Below, one piece after another: positions 1 through 8,851 of a DNA stretch of 64,000 nucleotides (position 1 is the stretch's first letter; each line of letters starts with the position of its first letter). The position numbers and the translations under genes were made by a program. Origin of the DNA: a virus. The DNA lies in the IMG/VR virus record IMGVR_UViG_3300037459_000160, positions 32,001 to 96,000 of that record; one strand, written 5' to 3'. The notes under the pieces are model-generated. The model worked only from the letters and a program-made list of their open reading frames with translations. It ran no database searches and had not been told where the DNA came from.

Positions 1-20
1 TTTTCTTTTATCGCGATACG

Positions 21-275
21 ATGCACGGGCCGGGAATTCTCATTGAGCCCGATGATAGCGATGAAACCCCGATTTATGATCGGTCTGGATTTTTGGCGTA
101 CAAGTGTTCGTGTCTGCTTGTGCTGGAAACGGCCGAGGTTGCCCGGTGGGACAAAACGAATCCGGCCAAGTTTCGTAAGGTGATGAAAAAATGGGGCGAT
201 GATAGGGCGTGGACAATTTATAACAAACAAGTAACAATTGTTGAAGTAAGCGAGGTTCGCGTTGTTACGTCTTAA
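21..275 (+). CDS. hypothetical protein (true start may lie upstream of window)
   Basis: 84-aa ORF co-oriented with downstream genes; no motif recognised. Confidence 0.45.
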   Translation: MHGPGILIEPDDSDETPIYDRSGFLAYKCSCLLVLETAEVARWDKTNPAKFRKVMKKWGDDRAWTIYNKQVTIVEVSEVRVVTS

Positions 276-299
276 CCTTTAATTTTTGAGGGGAACCCG

Positions 300-863
300 A
301 TGCGAGAGACCGATAAAGAGGCAGCCCAATACATGCGAAAGTATGGGCCCTTCAACCTCTCGGTAATTGCGAATCGCAATAAACACAAATGCGATTTTTG
401 CCAAGACCAACCGAGCCGAATCATTAAGGCCGACGCAACTCTTAACCCCATGACCACGGGGCAGGAAATCAAAACCCTTTGGGTTTGCTTGTCGAATGAG
501 TGCCCCGAGGCGTTGCTTGGGGATGAACAGGCAAAGCAAATAAGATTTTCCGCGTTGGCGAGCGGGGCGGGCGGCACTTTCGTACCCTCGCAAAACCTTG
601 AGGAAATCCTTGCTACGGATGAGGGCGAGAGGCTCGTAAAGTTGCTTGAGGAGTATACCAAAGGCGACGAATTGCTAACATTGATGCGTCAAGCGTGGAA
701 GTTTCACGAAAAGGGATTTGGTAAGGGTTGGCGGATCATGCCGAGTCTATTTCAGCAATACACGGAGCGGGAGAGTCTAACCACGAAGCAAATTAGTGTT
801 GTACGGCGGTTCGTGAAAACGTGTCAAACTGAAGTAATCGGGCCGGCTCCCGATAACGACTAA
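300..863 (+). CDS. hypothetical protein, putative Zn-binding (CxxC...CxxxxC)
   Basis: 187 aa, GAGGG RBS; CDFC and CLSNEC. Confidence 0.7.
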   Translation: MRETDKEAAQYMRKYGPFNLSVIANRNKHKCDFCQDQPSRIIKADATLNPMTTGQEIKTLWVCLSNECPEALLGDEQAKQIRFSALASGAGGTFVPSQNLEEILATDEGERLVKLLEEYTKGDELLTLMRQAWKFHEKGFGKGWRIMPSLFQQYTERESLTTKQISVVRRFVKTCQTEVIGPAPDND

Positions 864-867
864 CCCC

Positions 868-935
868 CGTTGCAACAGCCCCGAGGGTGAGGCCGCCATA
901 TCTTTGACCCCTCGGGGCGGGGCAACGAGTTTTTT
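868..935 (+). terminator. long intrinsic terminator-like hairpin
   Basis: GTTGC..GCCCCGAGGGT / ACCCCTCGGGGC..GCAAC followed by T6. Confidence 0.7.
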
Positions 936-952
936 AACAAAACGGTGACCAC

Positions 953-1282
953 ATGAGTCAAGATAGGCATAGCACAGGAAAGTTGATTCCGATTGAGATG
1001 AATCTTGAGCGTGTCAAGCAGCTTTGTTCCAATTGGGAATATGAGTTGGATACGGAGGAAGATTGGCGAGAAGCATTGTTAGAGAACGAAGAACCGTATC
1101 GCCTCATTAACGGAAAGTGGTACAGGCTGTTTGAGTTTGATGAGTCGTTTGATACTTACTTTGAAAAAGTCAGTGTCGATGCACGCGGTACGATTACGTT
1201 CGATGCCACGTATTATGACGGCGGTTGTTGCTGGGAAGAGATAGTTGAAAGGCATTTGAAACAGTTGACTGATAGGCTCTAA
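953..1282 (+). CDS. hypothetical acidic protein
   Basis: 109-aa ORF in tight + strand array. Confidence 0.7.
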   Translation: MSQDRHSTGKLIPIEMNLERVKQLCSNWEYELDTEEDWREALLENEEPYRLINGKWYRLFEFDESFDTYFEKVSVDARGTITFDATYYDGGCCWEEIVERHLKQLTDRL

Positions 1283-1302
1283 TTTTTAACGGAGTTTGAG
1301 AA

Positions 1303-1770
1303 ATGGGGAAATACAAACAATTATCCGGTAATCCGGTTGAGCTTAAGGAATTGCTCGCGAAACTCAAAGATAAGGAAGCGAAGCTTGAGGCTGATTTGGC
1401 AATTAACGATCGGCCCGAGCTTGAGAATTATATCGTTGCGGTTGTGTTGGCGATGGCTGAGGTAAAGCGGATTGATACGCTCATTACGAAATGTGAAAAG
1501 CCGAAAACACAACAAGAACGCACGCGGCTTGAGGGTTTGGTTGCTCAAATCGAATACTTTGAAACCAAGTTGGCAGCGGCCAAAATGGTACTTGCTGAAT
1601 CGGGCGGGAGAGTGGCCGAAAAGTACGTTGATCATAGGCGGCAAAGGCGGGGAGCGTTTGAGCAACTTGAGCAAGTCAAAAAGTGGGCCGAGCAAGAGTT
1701 TGGAAAAGCAAACGTAAATTTGAGCGATCTTTTGCCCTCAATTTCGGACTATTTGAAGTTGCAAGAGTGA
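1303..1770 (+). CDS. hypothetical coiled-coil protein
   Basis: 155 aa, GGAG RBS, heptad-rich. Confidence 0.75.
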   Translation: MGKYKQLSGNPVELKELLAKLKDKEAKLEADLAINDRPELENYIVAVVLAMAEVKRIDTLITKCEKPKTQQERTRLEGLVAQIEYFETKLAAAKMVLAESGGRVAEKYVDHRRQRRGAFEQLEQVKKWAEQEFGKANVNLSDLLPSISDYLKLQE

Positions 1771-1783
1771 GCCCGCAAGTTGA

Positions 1784-1811
1784 TTGACTTGGCCTAAAAC
1801 CGGGTTAGAAT
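1784..1811 (+). promoter_or_regulatory. sigma70-like promoter
   Basis: TTGACT-16 nt-TAGAAT in intergenic gap. Confidence 0.5.
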
Positions 1812-1865
1812 GAAGCAACTCGATTGCACGAAACTATAACCATAACACGGGTACCCCGGAACCGA

Positions 1866-1881
1866 GTGAACCCGGTTTCAC
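1866..1881 (+). promoter_or_regulatory. dispersed 16-bp motif copy 1 (GTGAACCCGGTTTCAC)
   Basis: exact copy, intergenic, upstream of the 1915/csrA genes. Confidence 0.85.
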
Positions 1882-1914
1882 AAGGGTATTAAATTAAATA
1901 ACAGTAGAAAAAAA

Positions 1915-2199
1915 ATGGCATTTTTTGAATTAAATGATTGGCCTTGGTTGGTTGAGTTTGTCTTTGGGCTTTTCTTGTTGGGGGGCGTTACGCAAATCGT
2001 TAAAGTCATCGCGTTCGCGTGGATCGAAACGGTGAGAATTCAGTACGGTTTCGGTATTGACGCGGAGCCTAAAACCAAGGAAGATACCGAGGAAACCGTA
2101 ATTGAGGAAGTTGAGAGGCAAGAGGCCGACGAATTGGGGGGATACGCGGAACGGGTGGCGAATGACGATGAGGATTATCCCGAACACGTTGAGGAATAA
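1915..2199 (+). CDS. small membrane protein with acidic C-tail
   Basis: N-terminal hydrophobic helix WLVEFVFGLFLLGGV, Glu/Asp-rich tail. Confidence 0.7.
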   Translation: MAFFELNDWPWLVEFVFGLFLLGGVTQIVKVIAFAWIETVRIQYGFGIDAEPKTKEDTEETVIEEVERQEADELGGYAERVANDDEDYPEHVEE

Positions 2200-2237
2200 C
2201 GTAACCGGGTTTATACGCAAGGAAGGATAGAAAGAAA

Positions 2238-2492
2238 ATGTTGGTTTTATCGCGGAAAAAGAACGAAAGTGTTGTAATCGGCAACGACATTACGATTTAC
2301 GTTGTTGAAATCCGAGGCGACAAGGTGAGGCTCGGGATTGATGCCCCTAAATCGGTATCGGTGCATCGGCTGGAAGTCTACGAAGCAATACAGCGAGATG
2401 GGCAGAAAAAGAAAGCCCTCAATGTTCAAGGCATCGAGAGCGGGCGTACGCGGGCGGGTGCGGTAACAACTGATGAGGCGATGGAACGTTAA
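2238..2492 (+). CDS. csrA: carbon storage regulator CsrA/RsmA
   Basis: MLVLSRKKNESVVIGNDITIYVVEIRGDKVRLGIDAPKSVSVHRLEVYEAI is the canonical CsrA signature. Confidence 0.95.
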   Translation: MLVLSRKKNESVVIGNDITIYVVEIRGDKVRLGIDAPKSVSVHRLEVYEAIQRDGQKKKALNVQGIESGRTRAGAVTTDEAMER

Positions 2493-2529
2493 ACGATAAC
2501 CCCTTTTTGATCTTTTGGAGCGTTGACCC

Positions 2530-2904
2530 ATGAATGTAAAAGAGCAATTGGCAAACTTGGGAAAAGTCGAGACGAAAGCCGAGAAGAAAGCAAAAATCGC
2601 CAAAGCCAAGGCAGCCAAAGTAGCCAAAGCAGAAGCCATGAAAGCCCCGGTAGTGGCCCCCACGCTTCCTGAGAACGCGACGGCCCCGGCAGCCGACGCG
2701 AAACCGGCCGCGAAGCCCGAGGCCGTTAAATCGGCTATCGTGCAACCTTCAAAAGAAGCGGTTGAAGCGTATACGGGTCTTGAAACTCAACCTCTAAAAC
2801 CCGAGCCGCTTAACCTCGCGGCCCAAGGAAGGCATCCCGACCGGCAAAAGAATTTGGCAACCCGAGAACGCCGAGGAAATCAACACCAAAATCCGGGCGG
2901 TTGA
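2530..2904 (+). CDS. Lys/Ala/Pro-rich hypothetical protein
   Basis: GGAG RBS; KAKIAKAKAAKVAKAEA low-complexity segment. Confidence 0.7.
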   Translation: MNVKEQLANLGKVETKAEKKAKIAKAKAAKVAKAEAMKAPVVAPTLPENATAPAADAKPAAKPEAVKSAIVQPSKEAVEAYTGLETQPLKPEPLNLAAQGRHPDRQKNLATRERRGNQHQNPGG

Positions 2905-2918
2905 TTCTATGGTTGCCG

Positions 2919-2946
2919 TTGAATCCGGGCGGGTTTGTGATACACT
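2919..2946 (+). promoter_or_regulatory. sigma70-like promoter with extended -10
   Basis: TTGAAT-16 nt-TACACT with TGn before the -10. Confidence 0.45.
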
Positions 2947-2998
2947 AGACGAATGCACCTTTTAACCTTTTCACTTTAACGAAGTATGGAGTATGTAA

Positions 2999-3382
2999 AT
3001 GAGCGGAACAACCCAAACCATTGAACAACCCGCAAATGTTCCCGAGAACTTGGCCCTGGTTCAAGCCCCGGTAAGTGGGCTCCCTTCGCGGGATTCCGTT
3101 GAGTCACGTATTGCAAACCTTGAGCGAATTCGCGACGAAAAGTTAAAGCAGGCCGACGCGAAAGCCAAGGAATTGAAATTGAAAATTGATGCCGAGGCAC
3201 GCGAGGCCGTTAAGGCCGAGAAAAAGAAAGTCGATGAGGCCAGAAACGCCGAGAAAAAAGCGGCTCGTGGTGCTTTTAAGGCGGCCTCAAGCTCTTGGAA
3301 AAAGGTACTGAAATCCTTGGAAGCCGACGAAATTGCAGCGGCTCCCGAGGCCCCGGCAACCCCCGAAACCGTTACGCCCTAG
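2999..3382 (+). CDS. Lys/Ala/Glu-rich coiled-coil protein
   Basis: 127 aa, GGAG RBS. Confidence 0.7.
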   Translation: MSGTTQTIEQPANVPENLALVQAPVSGLPSRDSVESRIANLERIRDEKLKQADAKAKELKLKIDAEAREAVKAEKKKVDEARNAEKKAARGAFKAASSSWKKVLKSLEADEIAAAPEAPATPETVTP

Positions 3383-3423
3383 CGGTCTTATCCTCCAATC
3401 CGAGACCGTGCGGGCGGCTGGAA

Positions 3424-3458
3424 GCAACGGCCGGGGTACGTCCCGGCTGTTGTTTTTT
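3424..3458 (+). terminator. intrinsic terminator
   Basis: GCAACGGCCGGG-loop-CCCGGCTGTTG then T6. Confidence 0.75.
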
Positions 3459-3487
3459 ATTGGTCCCAACTCAAAAAGGATTTTATT

Positions 3488-4426
3488 ATGCCTCATGGCG
3501 ATCCGACACAAATTGCGAACATTGCGTACAAAGGTTTCGGGCTCTTTCATATTCTCGATACGCCCGAGAAAAAAGCGTTGATGAACGCCAACATTGAGAA
3601 AATGGCGGATTTGTTTGAGGCCCTCGGCATTTCGCAAAGCGGGGCCGTTTTGGTTGGGGCCGCCAGTAACGACGCCTCGGTAAACCAAGCCAAAACATTT
3701 ATCAACCACAAGGGCGAGTTGATCTTTCAAACCGACAAAAAGAACACGGGCCAAGTTGCCGGAAATTTCAACGGTGGAGGCACGGGCAACAAACCCATCG
3801 CGTTACTGCCCGGCTTTGAGGGCGTGTCAATGGCAAATTTCCCCGTGATTGGTGGAAACGTTGAGTTGCGTACGACCGATGATGCCGACGAAAAGAAACT
3901 TGGCGTTTCCTACAATGGCATTATCGACCTTGCGGGCGACGGAAACGGCCCATTTGTGGTTATGGTAATCACAAACACGCTATCGGCGGGCGGTGGGGAT
4001 GCCCCCAATGGGGAAAGTGGGGCCTCGGCGAGTATCCACGATTTCGATATTAACCAGTATTCCGATGACGGCTCGGCCCCCGGAATGAAAAACGAATTCT
4101 TCATTGTTCTCAATCTACCCGGTACGGGAACGGGCAACGCTTCCCCCGGTGGAAATCCGAGTTGGCCCGGCAACCCCATTAACCTTGATATCTTGCTTAA
4201 CGGCGGCACAATGCCCGTTACGGGTAGGACGTTTGACCCGGCGTACCCGAACGCAAAGTTGGTTGCGTGCAATACCGAAGATTTGTTGGCCGATGATGGG
4301 GGACACCCGGCCGGGCGTTTGCTCGCGGGCTTAATGGCACAAGCCGGGGATTCCGCCAATTCGTTGCGATCGGTAACGGCCCTCACCCAATTGACGCTAA
4401 ACGGTATAAGTGCCTTGCCGACTTAA
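3488..4426 (+). CDS. Gly/Asn/Asp-rich hypothetical protein, possibly a beta-rich virion or surface protein
   Basis: 312 aa, AAAAGGA RBS, flanked by two terminators. Confidence 0.75.
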   Translation: MPHGDPTQIANIAYKGFGLFHILDTPEKKALMNANIEKMADLFEALGISQSGAVLVGAASNDASVNQAKTFINHKGELIFQTDKKNTGQVAGNFNGGGTGNKPIALLPGFEGVSMANFPVIGGNVELRTTDDADEKKLGVSYNGIIDLAGDGNGPFVVMVITNTLSAGGGDAPNGESGASASIHDFDINQYSDDGSAPGMKNEFFIVLNLPGTGTGNASPGGNPSWPGNPINLDILLNGGTMPVTGRTFDPAYPNAKLVACNTEDLLADDGGHPAGRLLAGLMAQAGDSANSLRSVTALTQLTLNGISALPT

Positions 4427-4457
4427 CCGTAAAAACTCACTCACTAGGCGTTAGGAA

Positions 4458-4496
4458 GGCCGGGCCCGGTTGGTTACAATCGGGCTCGGCTTTTTT
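4458..4496 (+). terminator. intrinsic terminator
   Basis: GCCGGGCCCGGTTG-gtta-CAATCGGGCTCGGC then T6. Confidence 0.75.
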
Positions 4497-4517
4497 ACGT
4501 CCTTCTGTGGAGAAAGT

Positions 4518-4718
4518 GTGGACAGTCAATCCGGTTACCAAGCAGATTCGTCGTTTTACGTTTTCCCGAGTGGTGGACGACGATGGCATTTATGGGATGG
4601 CAAAGGTTGCGGCAGTAAATGCGGGGTGGCGGTTCTTAGTAACGTTGCTTGGAAGTGGGATAAAATACCGGTAATCCTCCAGTGCAAACGATGTCTAAAA
4701 ACGAGAGATGAAAAATGA
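4518..4718 (+). CDS. small Cys/Trp-rich hypothetical protein
   Basis: GTG start after GGAG; WH..SKCG..CKRC; listed 4470 start overlaps the terminator. Confidence 0.55.
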   Translation: MDSQSGYQADSSFYVFPSGGRRWHLWDGKGCGSKCGVAVLSNVAWKWDKIPVILQCKRCLKTRDEK

Positions 4719-4921
4719 GTGAATCTTATAGATTTGTACGAGCAATCGTCGATTGTGGTGACCTACGGTGGGAATATCAGATTGATGTTGACGGAGCACC
4801 ACAAGGCGGCATGGCTCACGATGAGGATGTGTCGGATTGGACTGAGGACGACATAAGGTCATGTACGCGGTCGATGTTGGATTGCCCGGATGACCAAGAG
4901 ATTGAGATCGTTTACGCATAG
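4715..4921 (+). CDS. small acidic hypothetical protein
   Basis: ATGA overlap with upstream gene. Confidence 0.6.
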   Translation: MSESYRFVRAIVDCGDLRWEYQIDVDGAPQGGMAHDEDVSDWTEDDIRSCTRSMLDCPDDQEIEIVYA

Positions 4922-4937
4922 CGGGAGATAATAAAAA

Positions 4938-5336
4938 GTGGGCGTTTTCAATGATCCCAAAGTTTTGGACGCAAACAGGCGACTTGAGGAAAAGTTAACC
5001 GAGTGGGGCGGAAAGCTAAAACTCGGGTTTAACCAAACGGCGGCCGGTGATCCCTTACCCAATCCCGTTTCGTTGACAAACCTTTTTGCGAAGTTACAAA
5101 CCGATTTGTTGGATATGCGACGGGAACAAATCGTTTTGGGGGCAGCCGTGCGGCTAATGATTGAGGGCCTCGCGGGCAAGGATGCCGATGGAACGTTTGC
5201 AGCCGGAATGGCCGAGGCGATGGTTACCGACATTGATAGGCAACTTGCCAAACTTCAAGAATTGATTGTTGAGCAAAAGCAACAGGCGATGAAACCCAAA
5301 ATCAAGTTACCCCCCGGTTTTTCAGGTAGGAATTGA
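4938..5336 (+). CDS. hypothetical protein
   Basis: 132 aa, GGGAG RBS. Confidence 0.7.
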   Translation: MGVFNDPKVLDANRRLEEKLTEWGGKLKLGFNQTAAGDPLPNPVSLTNLFAKLQTDLLDMRREQIVLGAAVRLMIEGLAGKDADGTFAAGMAEAMVTDIDRQLAKLQELIVEQKQQAMKPKIKLPPGFSGRN

Positions 5337-5881
5337 TGAGCATTCTAATAACCGGCTCGGGCGAACTCACCCAGGAGATCGTTAAGGCTCTTGACGGCCA
5401 AGAGATTTACCGGATACATCCTAAGGCCGAGAGCCCCGAGCAACTCGCCGAGCTAGGCAAATATTGGCTCGATTATGATTTGCAAGAGCCTCAACACGTT
5501 GTTTTGGCCGTGCAAGATTTGGTAGGCGTAACCCTCTCGGCGGTGATTCATGCCGGGAGCGAACCGACCCCCGTTGACTGGCGAGCTATTAACCCGTTTG
5601 ATTTGCAACGCGAGTTTATGGCGAACGTGTTTGCCCCGTTAATGCTTACCAAATGGTTGCTCGATTTTGACATTTTGCCAACCTCGGGCCGCGTTATCTT
5701 TTTCACCGATTCCAGATTTCTTGGTAGTGGTTTTCTCGCGTATTACGCGGCTAAAGGGGCGTTAGTTAAGGCGGCCGACTGTTTTTTAAGTCAATTCCCC
5801 CGTTCGTTGTCTGTTAATTTCTTGGAGATTAGGGAACCCATTGATACGGCGGCCCAAGCCGCGACGATAGTAAAAGGATAG
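5333..5881 (+). CDS. degenerate short-chain dehydrogenase/reductase (SDR)
   Basis: ILITG start, NVFAP helix, GRVIF, YxxxK (YYAAK); Gly-rich loop incomplete. Confidence 0.7.
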   Translation: MMSILITGSGELTQEIVKALDGQEIYRIHPKAESPEQLAELGKYWLDYDLQEPQHVVLAVQDLVGVTLSAVIHAGSEPTPVDWRAINPFDLQREFMANVFAPLMLTKWLLDFDILPTSGRVIFFTDSRFLGSGFLAYYAAKGALVKAADCFLSQFPRSLSVNFLEIREPIDTAAQAATIVKG

Positions 5882-5886
5882 ACCAA

Positions 5887-6105
5887 ATGAATGATGATAA
5901 GTTGGTACAAAGAGCCGTTAAGAGTCTTCAGAATTTGCATATCAATTTTAGATATGAAAGTGGCGATGACCCGCATCCGTTAGATACTTGTCTTTGGGGT
6001 CGCGTAGCCCATATATTTGGTGTTGGCTCAACCCGAGCAATTGAGATGTGTAGACGTGCCGGCGTCGATCCTGAATACAGAGAGGAACCGGATGGCGGGT
6101 TTTGA
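5887..6105 (+). CDS. hypothetical protein, possible HTH-like
   Basis: LWGRVAHIFGVGSTRAIEMCRRAGVDP; AAGGA RBS. Confidence 0.6.
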   Translation: MNDDKLVQRAVKSLQNLHINFRYESGDDPHPLDTCLWGRVAHIFGVGSTRAIEMCRRAGVDPEYREEPDGGF

Positions 6106-6123
6106 ACCGTAAAGGGGTTACAG

Positions 6124-6414
6124 GTGAAATTCATAGGTGTATTTCCCGCGAACCCGTTCAAAATGTTTACGGTTTCCGATAAACCTTGTGAGCAACTTGG
6201 ACCATTAGCGGCGGTGTGTTCGGTTTGGTTACATAGGCGGGGCTCTGAGATTCTAAGATGCGAAGCTGAAAACAATCGTGTTGGGGATACCCTACAAAAA
6301 GTGGATTCCTTGAATACTTGGATTAAGGCCGGTGATTATCAACCCGGCGACATTTTGGAATTTACGGGGGTAAATGAACAATCGTCTGATATTCTGTTAA
6401 TTGCATACGAGTGA
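6124..6414 (+). CDS. hypothetical protein
   Basis: 96 aa; its TGA stop lies inside the 16-bp motif. Confidence 0.6.
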   Translation: MKFIGVFPANPFKMFTVSDKPCEQLGPLAAVCSVWLHRRGSEILRCEAENNRVGDTLQKVDSLNTWIKAGDYQPGDILEFTGVNEQSSDILLIAYE

Positions 6415-6426
6415 ACCCGGTTTCAC
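6411..6426 (+). promoter_or_regulatory. dispersed 16-bp motif copy 2
   Basis: exact copy; 22 nt before the -35 of the terminase promoter. Confidence 0.85.
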
Positions 6427-6448
6427 AAGCCGATTTCTGTTGAACGTA

Positions 6449-6477
6449 TTGACAATAGACGTTAAGCCCGCGATAAT
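6449..6477 (+). promoter_or_regulatory. sigma70-like promoter of packaging/head operon
   Basis: TTGACA-17 nt-GATAAT. Confidence 0.7.
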
Positions 6478-6514
6478 ATGCCGGGTTTACCGTCTTTTTG
6501 CGTTGAGGGACTGT

Positions 6515-7147
6515 ATGAGCGTTCCTACATTAGCCGAGACTTTGGGGCAACTTGACCAAACGCCCCCGGCCCCGAGTACGCCCGAGGAAAAGAAACGGGC
6601 CGAACTTTCTGACCTTAACGATGAGGAAAAGCGGGCTCAAGCGTATGCGTGGAAATTGCAGGGGCAATCAACCGAAGTAATTGCCCGAGCTTTTGGGATT
6701 GATTCTCGAACGATCCGCCGATGGTTCTTACGCACCGAAAGCGATTTTCGCGAACAGTTTGAGACGCAAACGGCCGCTAACATCATGTCCGAAAGCCTCT
6801 TGTTTCTCGGAAACATTGAGGAAATGGCAATGTATGAGGCCAATCAATCGGCCGGCGATGAACAAGAATACGACTTAAAATCGAGAAAGGTTAAGACCCC
6901 CAAAGAAGTCGAGCGAAACGCCAAACACATTACGGCTAAAATGCTAGTCGTCGCCCTAAAAGCTCGCGGGATGAAACTCGATTTGCTCTTGGAAACCGGT
7001 GTTTTACCCAAAGACCCCGGCCGGCTTTATCGGACGATGGAAAAAGAGGGAAACTTTGAACAAAGTGCCCACTCAAAATCTTCTCGTACGGCTGATCAAA
7101 TCCGTGATGATATGTTAAAGCTCGCCGAAGAAACTAAGCTAGTGTAG
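6515..7147 (+). CDS. terS: terminase small subunit (HTH)
   Basis: ATG 6515 after GAGGGA; HTH QGQSTEVIARAFGIDSRTIRRW; directly upstream of TerL. Confidence 0.75.
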   Translation: MSVPTLAETLGQLDQTPPAPSTPEEKKRAELSDLNDEEKRAQAYAWKLQGQSTEVIARAFGIDSRTIRRWFLRTESDFREQFETQTAANIMSESLLFLGNIEEMAMYEANQSAGDEQEYDLKSRKVKTPKEVERNAKHITAKMLVVALKARGMKLDLLLETGVLPKDPGRLYRTMEKEGNFEQSAHSKSSRTADQIRDDMLKLAEETKLV

Positions 7148-7156
7148 GGGCGGGAA

Positions 7157-8848
7157 ATGGTAAGACCAACCGGGGCCGACGTACTCAAAGACATTGAGGC
7201 CCGAGAACTTCAAATCGGCGAAAAGCTCTTGCAACTTCGCAAACATCGCCTCACGTTTGCGGTTGATTATCACATTAACACTCGCGGCGAAAAAATGGAG
7301 TTTGCGAATTATCCGCACATTCGCGAACTTTATAACTCGCTTGCCCGTGAAATCGTTTTGCAAGGTTCGGTCCAATGTTTTAAGAGTGAGTGGGCAGTTA
7401 TTGACCATTTCGCGGCAGCTTATTCCGGCCTCTCCGTTTTCTACGTGTTGGCCAAGTATGAATCCCGCAACACGTATGTACAAAACCGGATCAATCGTTG
7501 TGTTGAGCAAGTGCCGGAATACAAAAAAATCATCGGCCGAGGATTCTTTGATAATATCGCCCTTAAGAGTTTCGGAACCGGCGTTGTAAAATACGTGGGT
7601 TCTAACGTGTTGAGTGATTTCAAGGAATTCCCGGCTGACATGATCATTATTGATGAGGTTGATGAGTGCGACCCGACAAACATTCAATTTGCCTTGGACC
7701 GTATGCGGGCCTCACAATATCAGTTTATTCGGCGGCTAGGTAACCCCAAGATTCGCGGTAAGGGGATAAATAAATTCTTCCTTATGTCGGATCAACGAGA
7801 ATGGGAGGTACCTTGCAAACAATGCGACGAATACGCCGAAATGGATTGGTTTAAAACCGTTGTTTCCGAGGTGGTTGACCAACACGGCAACATAATTGAT
7901 TACACGTTACGCGATACCGATTGGGCCATTGGATGCCGGCGAGACGTTAGAGCCATTTGTCCCGCGTGCGGGGGCGAACTTGACCGCACAAGCCAAGAGG
8001 GGCGTTGGGTTCCGAGAAATCCGGGGCACCCCGTACACGGTTATCATATCTCAATGTTATGTGCCCCTATTAACCCTATTTCCGGCATGTGGGATCGGTT
8101 TCAAAAGGCAATGAATGACCCCGGATTATTGAAGCAATTCTTTAATTCTGATTTGGGGTTGCCCTATTCATCGGCGGGCAACAAGGTAACAACAACCGTT
8201 TTGGATCGTTGCGTTGATGAAAGTTACGAGTTTGCTATACGCCCGAACGCGGGACACGTTAAGGCCGATTCGGACACCGGCCCGTGTTCAATGGGAATTG
8301 ATGTAGGTGCTAATTTTGATGTGCGTATCTCGCGGCTTGGGGCACGCGGGCAGCGGCGAGCGGTTTACATTGGAAAAGTACGGGCGAGCAACATTGATGA
8401 GCTTTATGATTTGATCGACCGATACAACGTTGAGAAAGCCGTTATGGATGCCGGGCCTGAGTTGATGCTTGCCCAAGATTTCCAAGATACGGCTAATTGT
8501 GATGTTTGGTTGTGCCGGTATCATCCCAATGAAGGCAGCGACCGAAAACGCACATTCCAAATTCACGATCGGGTTGTTTCGATTGATCGAACCGAGGCCC
8601 TTGACCGATCCTATGCCCAAATCAAAAAGAAAAAGAACATCCTTCCTTTCAATTATCAATCAATTTTAGATGGGAAGTTTGTTACGGAAATTTGCGTACC
8701 CGTACGCCAGATTACCGAGGATGCCAAAGGTAACAGTCGGTACGAGTGGACAAAAGGCGTAGACCATTGCCGGCATTCGGACACGTACGATATGCTCGCG
8801 GCCGGGTTGTTGATGGACGTTACGATTGATGATGTTTCTATAGGATAA
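7157..8848 (+). CDS. terL: terminase large subunit, lambda gpA-like family
   Basis: QGSVQCFKSE deviant Walker A, IIIDEVD Walker B, SDQREWEVPCxxC, GYHIS, NSDLGLPY, nuclease MGIDVG and DH. Confidence 0.9.
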   Translation: MVRPTGADVLKDIEARELQIGEKLLQLRKHRLTFAVDYHINTRGEKMEFANYPHIRELYNSLAREIVLQGSVQCFKSEWAVIDHFAAAYSGLSVFYVLAKYESRNTYVQNRINRCVEQVPEYKKIIGRGFFDNIALKSFGTGVVKYVGSNVLSDFKEFPADMIIIDEVDECDPTNIQFALDRMRASQYQFIRRLGNPKIRGKGINKFFLMSDQREWEVPCKQCDEYAEMDWFKTVVSEVVDQHGNIIDYTLRDTDWAIGCRRDVRAICPACGGELDRTSQEGRWVPRNPGHPVHGYHISMLCAPINPISGMWDRFQKAMNDPGLLKQFFNSDLGLPYSSAGNKVTTTVLDRCVDESYEFAIRPNAGHVKADSDTGPCSMGIDVGANFDVRISRLGARGQRRAVYIGKVRASNIDELYDLIDRYNVEKAVMDAGPELMLAQDFQDTANCDVWLCRYHPNEGSDRKRTFQIHDRVVSIDRTEALDRSYAQIKKKKNILPFNYQSILDGKFVTEICVPVRQITEDAKGNSRYEWTKGVDHCRHSDTYDMLAAGLLMDVTIDDVSIG

Positions 8849-8851
8849 GCC

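Noticed and set aside
1868-1879. Motif as a LexA (GAAC-N4-GTTC) or CRP (TGTGA-N6-TCACA) box
   Set aside because: Always one mismatch to the LexA box with an invariant spacer, and the GTGA-TCAC spacing is 8 rather than 6
6401-6514. Longer start for the small terminase
   Set aside because: The extension covers the motif and promoter; ATG 6515 has an RBS
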